Source: Candidatus Hydrogenedentota bacterium (GTDB lineage Bacteria; Hydrogenedentota; Hydrogenedentia; Hydrogenedentales; G963678445). From it: 64,000 nucleotides of DNA. Below, piece by piece: positions 19,985 through 29,204 of the stretch (positions within the stretch are counted from its first letter, which is position 1; each line of letters opens with the position of its first letter). The translations under genes were made by a program, and so were the position numbers. Under the pieces are notes generated by a model that had not been told where the DNA came from, made no database searches, and worked only from the letters and a program-made list of their open reading frames with translations. Location of the stretch: NCBI GenBank assembly GCA_963678445.1, contig OY782877.1, forward strand, positions 566,528 to 630,527. The letters are read 5' to 3'.

Positions 19985-22900
19985 ATGAGAATACAGACAT
20001 ATATGATTTTCCCACTAGCACTGTGCCTGCTGTCTTTGTCTGTGCCTGCCCAGGCGTCCCCTGAGGAAAAGACAATTTCCTTCGGCATGATCGGTGGTAG
20101 TGAGGGCGTTTTCGAAGAGATGAAGTCCTGTGAGGAAAAACTCAATATCAGAGCCGTCCATTTCACGCCGGATGCGTTCGCCGAAGACCAGCTTCCCGAT
20201 GCAACGGATCTGGATATGGTCTATATAGCATTTGCCGATGAGCAGTATAAGGAAAAGTACGGCGAGATGATTATGAGTGCGTTGGCGCTCAAACCGTCTT
20301 TGAGAATATTCACTATCGGTCCGCCCCCAATGCATGCACTGTTCAGCGATTGGTTCGAACCGGGTATTCTTGAATTTGACGCCACGATGGCTCAGTACTA
20401 CGGCCTTTCAAGAAAGGACACTGAAAACATGCTTCGGTATGCTTTGGTGACCTATTTTGGAAGAAGCGGCGAAGCCTCCCCCCCCGATCTGGAGAACGCG
20501 GTAAAAGTGTTTCATCCCAGATATGGAAGTCTGCAAACAGTAGCCGAATTCCTTCAGGCTGCGAAGGGGGAAGGCATTGACGTTGACACTATGCCGCGTG
20601 TGGCCATCGGAACGTTCCGCCATCATGTTGTCTACCACCAGCCCCAAGTAGTAAAGGCCCTTATCGAGGGATTTGAAAAGGAGGGTATCCTCGCCGTCTG
20701 TCTAGTCGCGGACGAGGGCTTGCAGGAAAAGCTTCTCGAGTTTGGTCCCGGCCTTGTGATAATGACTTCGCACACGCGAGAGCCGGTTCCCTTCTGGGAC
20801 AAACTCAATGTTCCCCGCATCCATGCGATCTGGTTCATGGAGGAGTCCGTCGAACAATGGGGAAAAAGCACCACGCCCGGTATGAGAAAAGGTTCGATCC
20901 AGCACCTTTACATATCGGCGGAGGTCAGAGGCGCCACCGAGTGTCTGACCTCAGGGGGAACCCAAAGCGGCAACCGGAGCGGCGAGGAGATCGAGCCCAT
21001 TCCTGACCGCATCAGCCGGATCGTGGGGCGCGCCAAGGCCTGGATTGACCTGGGTTCAATGCAGAACAAGGAGAAAAAAATAGCCATCATTGGCTACGAT
21101 CATTCCGCGGACAAGTCCGGGTTACTCTGCGGGGCTCAACTGGGGCTAAACGCTCCCCGTAGCATGGTAAGGTTTCTTGAGAAGATGAAGGAGGCGGGGT
21201 ATGCGCTTGCAGACGTTCCTGCGGACGAGGATGAACTTCTGGAGCGTCTGATGGACCATGGACGGCAGATGGGTTCCTGGGAGAAAGGTGCGCTTGACAG
21301 GCTGGCAAGGGGCGGCGCCTCTGTGTTGGTGCCTGAAGAGCGTTACCGGGAATGGTTCGACCGTAAAATACCGCCACGAGAGCAGGCTGAGATGATCAAA
21401 TACTGGGGTGAGCCCCCTGGTTCTCTGATGGTGTGGGAGCAGGAAGGCAAGAAGTACCTGGTGCTCCCCAAGATCGATTTGGGCGCGGCCGTATTGATGA
21501 CTCAGCCCCCCAAAGGTGAAGCCCTGAGCGCTAAGTCGGGCACGATGCCCCAAGACGAGATGCTGCCGCCCTCGCACCACTTCATGGGCACCTACTTCTG
21601 GCTGCAAGAGGAGTTCAAGCCCGATGCGCTCATTCATTTCGGCGCACACGGCAACGAATGGCTCTTTCCCGGCAAGCAGGCAGCGCTCTCAAAGGCCGAC
21701 TGGAGCGATATGCTGCTTGGCAACATGCCCAATATCAATCCCTGGGTCTCTAACAACACTGCGGAACTCGTTCCCTGCAAACGTCGCGCCTACGCAGTCA
21801 CCGTGGACCATCTCCCGCCAATCCTCATGGCCGCTGGATTGAGTGATGAAATGCTCAACCTCGAATCGACAATAGACAAATACATAACCTTGGAGGAGGG
21901 AGCGCTGAAAGCTAAATTCGCGGCGTCCGTCACCGAGCAGACCTTTTCTTCCAGGCTGGACAGGGAGTTGACGATCAATAAGGGAGAAAACGGGCTGCTG
22001 GACGACGAAGAGATCCAGAAGGTTTCCACGTACCTCCACGAACTGCACGAGGAGGCGGTTCCCGCCAATATGCATGTTTTGGGACAGAAGCCTGCCGAAA
22101 ATTTGCTGATACCCTATTACGTCTATTGCATGGGCAAACGTTTCCTCAATGCCGCACAGCCTTTGTATGGGGTTTCAGAGGATACTCTCAAGACCAAAGC
22201 AGAGGAAGCAATCAAGCTTATACTTCACGAAGATCTCACGCCACTCGAGGCTGTCTTGGCCACCGGCGGCACAGTCGAAGCCGAAGGCTTGCCCGAGATT
22301 GTTCAAGAAAGCCTTGAGATGGTCATGAACCTAAACGTGGGCATGGATCAAACATCCTCTGAAATCGACAAGATCCTCCGTGCGCTGAACGGCGAATTCG
22401 TGTCGCCAGGTCCGTCCGGTTCGCCCGAGAGGAATCCCGGGGTGGTTCCAACGGGCCGCAACCTTTATGTGCTCAATCCCGAGGAACTCCCAACGAAAGC
22501 TTCCTGGGAGTTGGGAACGAAAATGATTTCGGACTACCTGGAGACACAACGCAAGGCCAAGGGCCGGTATCCCCGAAAGATTGCATTCGGCCTGGTCCCC
22601 TACGCCACCTATAGCGATTACGGAATCATTGAATCGCAGATTCTGTTCTTAATCGGCGTACGGCCGGTATGGGATTTGAAGAATCGGGTCGAGGATGTCG
22701 AACTGATCCCCGCGGAGGAATTGGGCCGCCCTCGCATCGATGTCTTTCTTTCCGCGAAAAGCATTTACCGTGACGAGCTCCCGGGTATGATGAAGATGCT
22801 GGACAAGGCTATACGGATGGTAGCATCGCTGGACGAGCCGAACAACTACGTTTATGACAACACCCTCCGTACGCTAAAAGGTCTTCAGGCCAAGGGCGTT

Positions 22901-23983
22901 TCTTCTGATGAGGCCCGCATTTTCTCACAGGCCCGCATGTACGGACCAAAGCCGGAGGAGAACGTCGACGGCCACAACTGGTATTTCTATTTGACGGAAC
23001 GCTCGGGCGAATGGGAGACGCGTGAAGAGCTGATGGAGGTTTACCTCAGTCACTGCCGCTTCGTTTACACAGAGGGGATGTGGGGGGTGGATGCGCCCGA
23101 GGCGTTTAATGCGGCGGCGCAGGATACCGAACTTATAGTGAGAAGCTGGTACGACAACCGGGACGCCGTTCTGGCCAATAAGTTCACCTGGTGGAGTGAT
23201 GGTTCCTTATCGTTGGCCATCAAGCATCTCACGGGAAAAGAACCCGACTACGTATTCGCCGACGTGCGCAATCCGGACAAAGCCGTTATGACTAACGCGG
23301 ACCAAGCTGTACAAAGAGATCTTCGAGCCCGGATACTGAATCCCAAATGGATTCAGGCCATGATGAAGGAAGGCTATAACGGAGCGACACAGATAAGCAA
23401 GAACATTAACAATATGATGGGCTGGGAGATAATGCGGGAGCACAGCATTGATGACAGCAACTGGAACGAACTAAGCGACTTTTATGTAAACGACAGCGAA
23501 AATCTGGGGTTACCCGATTGGTTCGATCAACACAATCCTCATGCCTTCCAGAACATTGCCGCTACAATGCTGGAAACGGTTCGCAAGCAATACTGGGATG
23601 CGGATGACCAGAGGCTTATGGAGATTACCGCGGCCTACGCCGAGTCAGTGGCCAACCACGGCCCGGTTGGTGGTTTGCGTAGTGGCGGCAATGCGAAGCT
23701 GGACGATTTCGTCGAGCAGACGCTCTCCTCATCACAAGATCCAAAAATGGGCGCCCTGTTAGCCAAATACCAGGCAGCTATGAAACAGTCAAGTGAAGCC
23801 CGGGAAAGCCCTCAAGAAACGGAAACCGAACAAGTCACAGGCTATGAAATGGAGCAAGTGAGCGACGACACCGACGACATCGACGTTCAGAAACCGTATC
23901 CCATAAAACTCTTTACGGGTCTGGGATTGGTTGCGATCGTGATTTTAGGGTATGTCAGCCGAAGGCGCTCTTTTTCCAAATAG
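19985..23983 (+). CDS. CobN/Mg-chelatase-family protein (HmuS/BtuS-like) with a signal peptide and a C-terminal TM anchor
   Basis: 1332 aa. ..ALIHFGAHGNEWLFPGKQ.. and ..VSPGPSGSPERNPGVVPTGRNLY.. are CobN-family signatures. N-terminal MRIQTYMIFPLALCLLSLSVPAQA. C-terminal ..LFTGLGLVAIVILGYVSRRR. Confidence 0.8.
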   Translation: MRIQTYMIFPLALCLLSLSVPAQASPEEKTISFGMIGGSEGVFEEMKSCEEKLNIRAVHFTPDAFAEDQLPDATDLDMVYIAFADEQYKEKYGEMIMSALALKPSLRIFTIGPPPMHALFSDWFEPGILEFDATMAQYYGLSRKDTENMLRYALVTYFGRSGEASPPDLENAVKVFHPRYGSLQTVAEFLQAAKGEGIDVDTMPRVAIGTFRHHVVYHQPQVVKALIEGFEKEGILAVCLVADEGLQEKLLEFGPGLVIMTSHTREPVPFWDKLNVPRIHAIWFMEESVEQWGKSTTPGMRKGSIQHLYISAEVRGATECLTSGGTQSGNRSGEEIEPIPDRISRIVGRAKAWIDLGSMQNKEKKIAIIGYDHSADKSGLLCGAQLGLNAPRSMVRFLEKMKEAGYALADVPADEDELLERLMDHGRQMGSWEKGALDRLARGGASVLVPEERYREWFDRKIPPREQAEMIKYWGEPPGSLMVWEQEGKKYLVLPKIDLGAAVLMTQPPKGEALSAKSGTMPQDEMLPPSHHFMGTYFWLQEEFKPDALIHFGAHGNEWLFPGKQAALSKADWSDMLLGNMPNINPWVSNNTAELVPCKRRAYAVTVDHLPPILMAAGLSDEMLNLESTIDKYITLEEGALKAKFAASVTEQTFSSRLDRELTINKGENGLLDDEEIQKVSTYLHELHEEAVPANMHVLGQKPAENLLIPYYVYCMGKRFLNAAQPLYGVSEDTLKTKAEEAIKLILHEDLTPLEAVLATGGTVEAEGLPEIVQESLEMVMNLNVGMDQTSSEIDKILRALNGEFVSPGPSGSPERNPGVVPTGRNLYVLNPEELPTKASWELGTKMISDYLETQRKAKGRYPRKIAFGLVPYATYSDYGIIESQILFLIGVRPVWDLKNRVEDVELIPAEELGRPRIDVFLSAKSIYRDELPGMMKMLDKAIRMVASLDEPNNYVYDNTLRTLKGLQAKGVSSDEARIFSQARMYGPKPEENVDGHNWYFYLTERSGEWETREELMEVYLSHCRFVYTEGMWGVDAPEAFNAAAQDTELIVRSWYDNRDAVLANKFTWWSDGSLSLAIKHLTGKEPDYVFADVRNPDKAVMTNADQAVQRDLRARILNPKWIQAMMKEGYNGATQISKNINNMMGWEIMREHSIDDSNWNELSDFYVNDSENLGLPDWFDQHNPHAFQNIAATMLETVRKQYWDADDQRLMEITAAYAESVANHGPVGGLRSGGNAKLDDFVEQTLSSSQDPKMGALLAKYQAAMKQSSEARESPQETETEQVTGYEMEQVSDDTDDIDVQKPYPIKLFTGLGLVAIVILGYVSRRRSFSK

Positions 23984-23992
23984 GTTCTATGT

Positions 23993-24616
23993 ATGCAATT
24001 AATCACCCACGTTCTCTATGACCTAACCACAGTACTTCTGGCTCCAGTCGTTTTCATTCTTCTAGCGTCTTTAGTCTGGTCACTATTCCAGACCGGAGCA
24101 CTGCTTAGAGAATGGGGCGATAGGAATAAAAAGAAACGGAATTGGCAGGCCTTTGTCGAAAACGAAATGCCTGCAAGCAAATCCCTTGAAGAAGCTCGAA
24201 CCAAGTTCTTCGCCCGTTCAGACTATCCGACCCTGATAGAGGCTTTCTCAGAAAAAGGCCAGCTATTCAAAGACAGCATGGACAGGCTGGACAGGCTGGT
24301 GAGCGAGATTGAAATTGAGGCGAACGAGCAATATGCGAGGACATCCTTGTGGACTCGCATTGGCCCCATGCTGGGACTTATGGGCACCCTCATTCCCATG
24401 GGGCCCGCCTTGCTGGGGCTCTCGACCCGAAACATGGATGTGCTTGCCCGCAACCTTACGGTAGCTTTCAGCACCACGGTTGTAGGACTTATTATAGGGG
24501 TTTTATGTTTGATTATTTCGGAAACAAGAAGGCGGTGGTATCTAAGAGATATCCTAAACATCGAATATGTCATTGACGCCACCTTCGGTAAACCGTCGGA
24601 AAAGAACCATGAGTGA
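23993..24616 (+). CDS. MotA/TolQ/ExbB proton-channel family protein
   Basis: 207 aa, three TM helices, ..IGPMLGLMGTLIPMGPAL.. and ..AFSTTVVGLIIGV.. typical of ExbB/TolQ. Confidence 0.75.
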   Translation: MQLITHVLYDLTTVLLAPVVFILLASLVWSLFQTGALLREWGDRNKKKRNWQAFVENEMPASKSLEEARTKFFARSDYPTLIEAFSEKGQLFKDSMDRLDRLVSEIEIEANEQYARTSLWTRIGPMLGLMGTLIPMGPALLGLSTRNMDVLARNLTVAFSTTVVGLIIGVLCLIISETRRRWYLRDILNIEYVIDATFGKPSEKNHE

Positions 24617-25028
24617 AAACTGTAGACATCGCAGGCGAAAGAGGCTTCACCATCGCGACCACTTGCTCTTGCAGACTTCGGGGCCAAACCCGATGAGCGG
24701 AGTGGCCAACCTTTTTGATGTGGCGATGGTGTTTGCCGTGGCGCTATTGCTTGCCATGTTTGCGGCAAGCGATCTTCAGGAACTCCTCTTTTCTCAAGAC
24801 GACCTGACCATAATCAAAAATGCTGACCAAGACGATATGGAAATCATTATGAAGAAGGGAGTCAAACTGGAGAGATACCGCATGACTCCCCAAACGGCCG
24901 GCGGAGAAGGACAACGTCTTGGAATCTGCTATCGTCTTCCAAACGGCGAAGTAGTATATGTGCCGGAGAGCCCCACATCGAACGACCATCCGCTTTCCCC
25001 CGATTCAGGCAAACCCGACGGGGATTAA
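24609..25028 (+). CDS. DUF2149-like single-pass membrane protein (ExbD-position partner)
   Basis: ATG at 24609 overlaps the upstream stop by 8 nt. ..VANLFDVAMVFAVALLLAMF.. TM helix followed by a small soluble domain. Gene order matches CobN-like/ExbB-like/DUF2149 clusters. Confidence 0.55.
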   Translation: MSENCRHRRRKRLHHRDHLLLQTSGPNPMSGVANLFDVAMVFAVALLLAMFAASDLQELLFSQDDLTIIKNADQDDMEIIMKKGVKLERYRMTPQTAGGEGQRLGICYRLPNGEVVYVPESPTSNDHPLSPDSGKPDGD

Positions 25029-25087
25029 CGGAAACGAGCAAATTTTTGCTCTATAGACAAGGACGCCGCAGTGTCGGCCAAATCTAC

Positions 25088-25144
25088 TTATACGAAATAT
25101 TTTTGTAAACGACAAAGAGATTCGATTTTAGTATCCAGTTCCAT
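25088..25144 (-). pseudogene. 5' fragment of the small membrane-protein gene family (MELDTKIESLCR..)
   Basis: Matches the first ~12 codons and the upstream leader of 17159..17593 and 28639..29073, then stops. A 26-bp 3'-end fragment of the same gene family lies at 25181..25206. Confidence 0.7.
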
Positions 25145-25206
25145 TATTTTTCCCTCATCGCTAAACCCAGAATCAGCTCCCTACCCCTCCTGCACCGCCA
25201 GTTTTT

Positions 25207-25294
25207 CCACCCTCGTTCCCACGGTCCTCCGTGGGAACGGAAATGAAAAGATGAAGCGTATGCATTCCCACGGAGGACCGTGGGAACGAGAAAA
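25207..25294. repeat. Family-B palindromic (REP/BIME-like) element, intact copy
   Basis: ccaccctcgttcccacggtcctccgtgggaacgg-(25 nt)-cattcccacggaggaccgtgggaacgagaaaag. There are two hairpins with stem cccacgg/ccgtggg, and their loops (tcct / agga) are reverse complements of each other. Confidence 0.8.
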
Positions 25295-25712
25295 GCGGCG
25301 GCAGCGGGAATTCCTGTACTCGCAATGTCTTCCAATTGATAGTCGGCGACAGGGAACCAACCGATATTTCGATGGCCCGTTCCATGAACATGTCGGATTG
25401 GAGAAAGAAAGGCAGAAACTCCGGCAGAATCATCTTGGGCTTTGCGCGGACGACCATGGCATGGGCCGAGCAGATGCCATCGAACTTCGCTATGGCGAGT
25501 TTGCGCTGATACGCACGGCGGCGACCGAAAATCACATCGCCCTTCTTGAAGGCCAGTTTCTGCCCGGTGACATCGGACGGGTGTCCCCAGTGACGTAGGT
25601 GTAGCGTGCCGGGCTCAAGGTGCTCCAAACCGACATAGTTGTCGGTTTCGGCCTCTGCAGGGTCCACCCGCACGGCTACGTTCTGCGCGATGTCGCCAAA
25701 CTTGACCAGCTT
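25295..25712 (-). pseudogene. hsdS: type I restriction-modification specificity subunit (HsdS) fragment, one target-recognition half
   Basis: ..KLVKFGDIAQNV..YVGLEHLEPG..KKGDVIFGRRRAYQRKLAIAKFDGICSAHAMVVRAK..FLPFFLQSDMF..SPTINWKTLRVQEFPLPPL is a typical HsdS TRD plus conserved region. The reading frame runs into the Family-B repeat at 25294. Confidence 0.7.
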
Positions 25713-25738
25713 TCAGCCGGGCTTCAGGGATTGTGTAC

Positions 25739-26743
25739 TCATTCGGACCTACCCTCGTCAGAAACGACGAATTCAATGATTGATATGCCGCCGTCGTCGT
25801 CACTAGCCTCTGGCCACTCACCGGGATCCTTCGGAGGGCTGTCACATGACAGCGTAAGCTCAGCCAGGGAGGGATTACTCCATATGTCTCGGGTGACTCC
25901 ATAAGAAGAAAGCTGAGTACCGGACGGGAGTGCAAAAAGTATGCCTTGGCCACGCGCGTCTGTATTACTTCCGGACGCCCTTTCGATATAGCTGGATGCG
26001 CGCAGGGCGGTAGCTGTTGTCAGGTCTTTGATGACGCGATCCCAGTTTTTTGTTCTCGATGGGGGCGGCGGGATGACGAACGGCTTCCCTGCGTCACCCA
26101 GAATGAAATCAAGCACTTCCCCAACAAAACATCGGTAGTGACTGAGTCTAGGATGCGAGGGTGAGGCGGTCATGGAACAGCAAGCACCGGGATAGAGTAG
26201 TTGGCACCATCCCGCGTGCCAAGGACGGCAGCAGGCGTGTTTCGTAATCAGAAGATATCGACTAGCATGATACAAGTCTAGCCCCGTGATATGACGTTCC
26301 TGGGCATTTAGAATTTCCCCTGAACGGATATATGTGAATGGCGGCCAATTCGCATATAGGTGGTGCTGATTAGCGTTGTCTGGTGTTGCGGGAAGACTTT
26401 TGAGCATCTTCGCCTGGAGCAACAAGGCCCGTCTTTCAGCGACCTCCTCATTCTTGATTTCAGTTCGCACCAAGAGTAGGTCGCCTATCTCTACGGATGC
26501 CGGACTTGTTTTAGGAAAATTTTGGCACCTCACAAACGGCTGGCCATGCACGAACACACCGCCGGACTTGATGGTGAATCCTCCTGAAAACGTCAGGGCG
26601 TTAATAGCCCGAGGAAGACCACACACCAAATTAGCCACCAGTTGCGGCTCGCTTTGGTTCTGACCGCACAAGGCAGTTCTTGTCGCAGAGTGGAGTGTTC
26701 CGGCCAAGGCGATGCGATCCTCTATGTCAAGTGACCACTTCAT
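25739..26743 (-). CDS. hypothetical 334-aa protein next to the hsdS remnant
   Basis: Long intact ORF with no family I recognise. Cys/Trp-rich centre and an acidic C-terminus. Confidence 0.5.
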   Translation of the reverse strand: MKWSLDIEDRIALAGTLHSATRTALCGQNQSEPQLVANLVCGLPRAINALTFSGGFTIKSGGVFVHGQPFVRCQNFPKTSPASVEIGDLLLVRTEIKNEEVAERRALLLQAKMLKSLPATPDNANQHHLYANWPPFTYIRSGEILNAQERHITGLDLYHASRYLLITKHACCRPWHAGWCQLLYPGACCSMTASPSHPRLSHYRCFVGEVLDFILGDAGKPFVIPPPPSRTKNWDRVIKDLTTATALRASSYIERASGSNTDARGQGILFALPSGTQLSSYGVTRDIWSNPSLAELTLSCDSPPKDPGEWPEASDDDGGISIIEFVVSDEGRSE

Positions 26744-26831
26744 GTCATCTCCGTTCCTTAACCATTCTACGCAATCCGCTCCGGCGATTCCAGCAGTACG
26801 TTCTCAAAATCATCCCCGAAGATCTCCACAA

Positions 26832-26906
26832 TTTTCCACCCTCGTTCCCACGGTCCTCCGTGGAAACGGAAATGAAAAGATGAAGCGTATGCATTCCCAC
26901 GGAGGA
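26832..26906. repeat. Family-B palindromic element, left part, interrupted by the IS (the rest is at 28595..28616)
   Basis: Same sequence as 25207..25276 up to cccacggAGGA. It resumes as AGGAccgtgggaacgagaaaag after the IS. Confidence 0.8.
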
Positions 26907-28594
26907 CAGAGTGTCTAAAAAGTTTTTTCATGCAGCGAGTTTCCTTGGCCTTGGCGCAGTGGGCCGTTGATTCGGCAATAGCGTACGGAAAAAGTCCCAC
27001 GAAGGGGCAAATGTGCCTGGTTGAGACTCTTTTGATTCCGTTAGGGCGATAAACACCCCAGATTCCGACGTGTTGTAGGGGGGAAGTGTGTTAATTTTCT
27101 CGCTTTTCCAGAGTTTGAATATCTTGTGTAGATTGTAGGTGGCGCAAACCATGGCCCATTGAGCTTGTATGTTGTCGAGCCCGCAAACGGTGAATCGCCT
27201 GAATCCAAGGTGCTGTTTGATGAAGGCGAAGACGGGTTCGATGAGGTAGCCTCGCTTTTTCAGGTCAGCTTGAACTATCGGGTCTGTTTGTTTATCGCGT
27301 TGGCGCTTGATGACTGCGTTGTATTGGTTCAAGTCTACCGTGCGGCCTGTCTTCTTTTTGGTGCATTGGGCGCGGTGGGGACAGCTGGTGTTGGTGCAGT
27401 GGTATCGACGTAGGTGATAGCCTCTTTCTTTGCGGTAGCGCGTGCCTTGAAAACGAAGTTCGCTGTCGTGGGGGCAGATGAGGATGTCGCGTTCTGCGTC
27501 GTATATGAAATTGCTGGCGGCATAGGGCTTTTGGGGATTGGGACGCATGCTTTGGGGCAGTGCGACAACGACGTCGCGTTCTTCTTTTTCGGCTTGCTCG
27601 AATTGGCGACCGGTCGCGTAACCAGTGTCCGCCAAGGTGCGTTCGGCACTCTGGCCCGCTTGCTCTTGTACCTTGTCGAGCATGGCGTTGAGTTGCTGTT
27701 CATCGTTGCAATCTGTTGTCGCCTCGCAGGCGACAAGGATGCCGCAAGTCTCATCGGCCACCGCTTGCCCGTTGTAGGCAAAGGCGTTTCGGTTTTGTTC
27801 CTTGCAAGGCATGACGCAAGCATCTTCATCGCTTGGGTGCAGGTGTTCCTTGTCAGTTTCCTGCAGGCGTTGCAATGCGCTACGCACTTTTTTGCGTAGC
27901 GCCTGGCGCTCTCCCAATTCCTTTGGCAATGCATCATCAGGCGTGTCGCACACGCTGGTTTCTTCCAGCTGTTTTTCCAGCTCCGTGATTCTACTGTCCA
28001 GTTTTTCCAGCAACGCCAACAGCTTCTTTTTGTGCCATCCCCCGCGATTGGCCACCCGTGCGGCGATTTTCGTACCATCGACGGCATGCAATACAAAGCC
28101 CACCATATCCGCTTCAACGGCGACCCGCACCGTTTTTTTGAAGAGATTTCGAATTCCCTTTTTATTGCTACGAAAAAAGTTGTTCAAGGTATTATGGTCC
28201 GGCCTGTGCATCCCCGCCAGCCAGACGAATCCGATGTGATCCCGGCACGCCCTTTCCAGCTTACGCGACGAACGTATGCGTTCGAAATACCCATAAAGCC
28301 ACAATTTAAGCAACAGCTGTGCGCTATAAGCGGGCCGCCCCTTTTCCCCGCTGGCCCAAACGATTTCCACTTCCTCAAGATTCAACGCCTCTACGAATTC
28401 CCTTATAAAACGCGCCGGATGGGTAGGTTCAATCCAATCCTCCAACGAAGGAGGAAGCAAAAACGCCTGCGAATAATCCGCGTCAATTAGAAGCGCCATT
28501 TCATACCTCCGTCCAAGTTCTATGCCGGTCAACCGAGAATAATTATACAAAACACCTAAATAATAATCTATTTAAAAACTTTTTAGACACTCTG
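26907..28594 (-). mobile_element. IS1182-family (IS5-superfamily-like) insertion sequence, 1688 bp
   Basis: 21-bp perfect terminal inverted repeats cagagtgtctaaaaagttttt (26907-26927, and the reverse complement of 28574-28594). 4-bp direct duplication AGGA (26903-26906 and 28595-28598). One transposase ORF. Confidence 0.85.
26928..28499 (-). CDS. IS1182-family DDE transposase
   Basis: ..DYSQAFLLPPSLEDWIEPTHPARFIREFVEAL..RPAYSAQLLLKLWLYGYFERIRSSRKLERAC.. N-terminal domain and a C-terminal DDE region. GGAGG lies 7 nt upstream of the ATG at 28499; the ORF track starts it at 28550. Confidence 0.8.
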   Translation of the reverse strand: MALLIDADYSQAFLLPPSLEDWIEPTHPARFIREFVEALNLEEVEIVWASGEKGRPAYSAQLLLKLWLYGYFERIRSSRKLERACRDHIGFVWLAGMHRPDHNTLNNFFRSNKKGIRNLFKKTVRVAVEADMVGFVLHAVDGTKIAARVANRGGWHKKKLLALLEKLDSRITELEKQLEETSVCDTPDDALPKELGERQALRKKVRSALQRLQETDKEHLHPSDEDACVMPCKEQNRNAFAYNGQAVADETCGILVACEATTDCNDEQQLNAMLDKVQEQAGQSAERTLADTGYATGRQFEQAEKEERDVVVALPQSMRPNPQKPYAASNFIYDAERDILICPHDSELRFQGTRYRKERGYHLRRYHCTNTSCPHRAQCTKKKTGRTVDLNQYNAVIKRQRDKQTDPIVQADLKKRGYLIEPVFAFIKQHLGFRRFTVCGLDNIQAQWAMVCATYNLHKIFKLWKSEKINTLPPYNTSESGVFIALTESKESQPGTFAPSWDFFRTLLPNQRPTAPRPRKLAA

Positions 28595-28638
28595 AGGACC
28601 GTGGGAACGAGAAAAGACAGCATTGTACAGGTATTCCT

Positions 28639-29073
28639 CTACCCCTCCTGCATCGCCAATTTTTCATCCCGTATACGCGCCTTTCGCATCAGCCATAGAT
28701 GCCGCGCCATCACAAGGATTGAAAGCAGATACGATCCAATCAGTATCATAGGACCAACTAAAAATGACCCGTTTTGTAGCCAGCCACCGTGATGATAAAG
28801 ACTATTACCAACTAGTGCTAGCAAAAGGCATGTAAAACAACTCAATGCAAATAACGTCCTCAGATTCCCAGCTCGAATCCCGTAGACTGATAAAAATGCA
28901 AAAAAGAAAACCAAAAGAATCTTACCAATAAAAACCAAAGAATCCAGACTAAAGACATCAAGCAAAACCATAGGTAAAGCAGGGCCAAACATTATGATCC
29001 ACAAACCCGCCACAGTATAGGCGAGAACCTTTCGTGAATGACAAAGGGATTCGATTTTACTATCCAGTTCCAT
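28639..29073 (-). CDS. small multi-pass membrane protein, 144 aa, copy 2 of the paralog family
   Basis: MELDSKIESLCHSRKVLAYTVAGLWI.. and ..ARHLWLMRKARIRDEKLAMQEG are near-identical to copy 1. The shared downstream string agacagcattgtacag is at 28615-28630 and 17111-17126. Confidence 0.65.
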   Translation of the reverse strand: MELDSKIESLCHSRKVLAYTVAGLWIIMFGPALPMVLLDVFSLDSLVFIGKILLVFFFAFLSVYGIRAGNLRTLFALSCFTCLLLALVGNSLYHHGGWLQNGSFLVGPMILIGSYLLSILVMARHLWLMRKARIRDEKLAMQEG

Positions 29074-29204
29074 TATTTTTCCCATCACGTTGACATTCAA
29101 GTACGAACGATTAAGAAGCAAAGCTAAGCAGGCAATTTTGTATCCATCTTATCCTGCGTGCTGACAAAACGGTGCAGCGGGCAATTATACGAAAGGATTC
29201 TAGC

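Noticed and set aside
27335-28117. 260-aa minus-strand ORF in an alternative frame inside the IS, plus plus-strand ORFs at 27414-28490.
   Set aside because: They overlap the clearly homologous transposase frame and are compositional artefacts.
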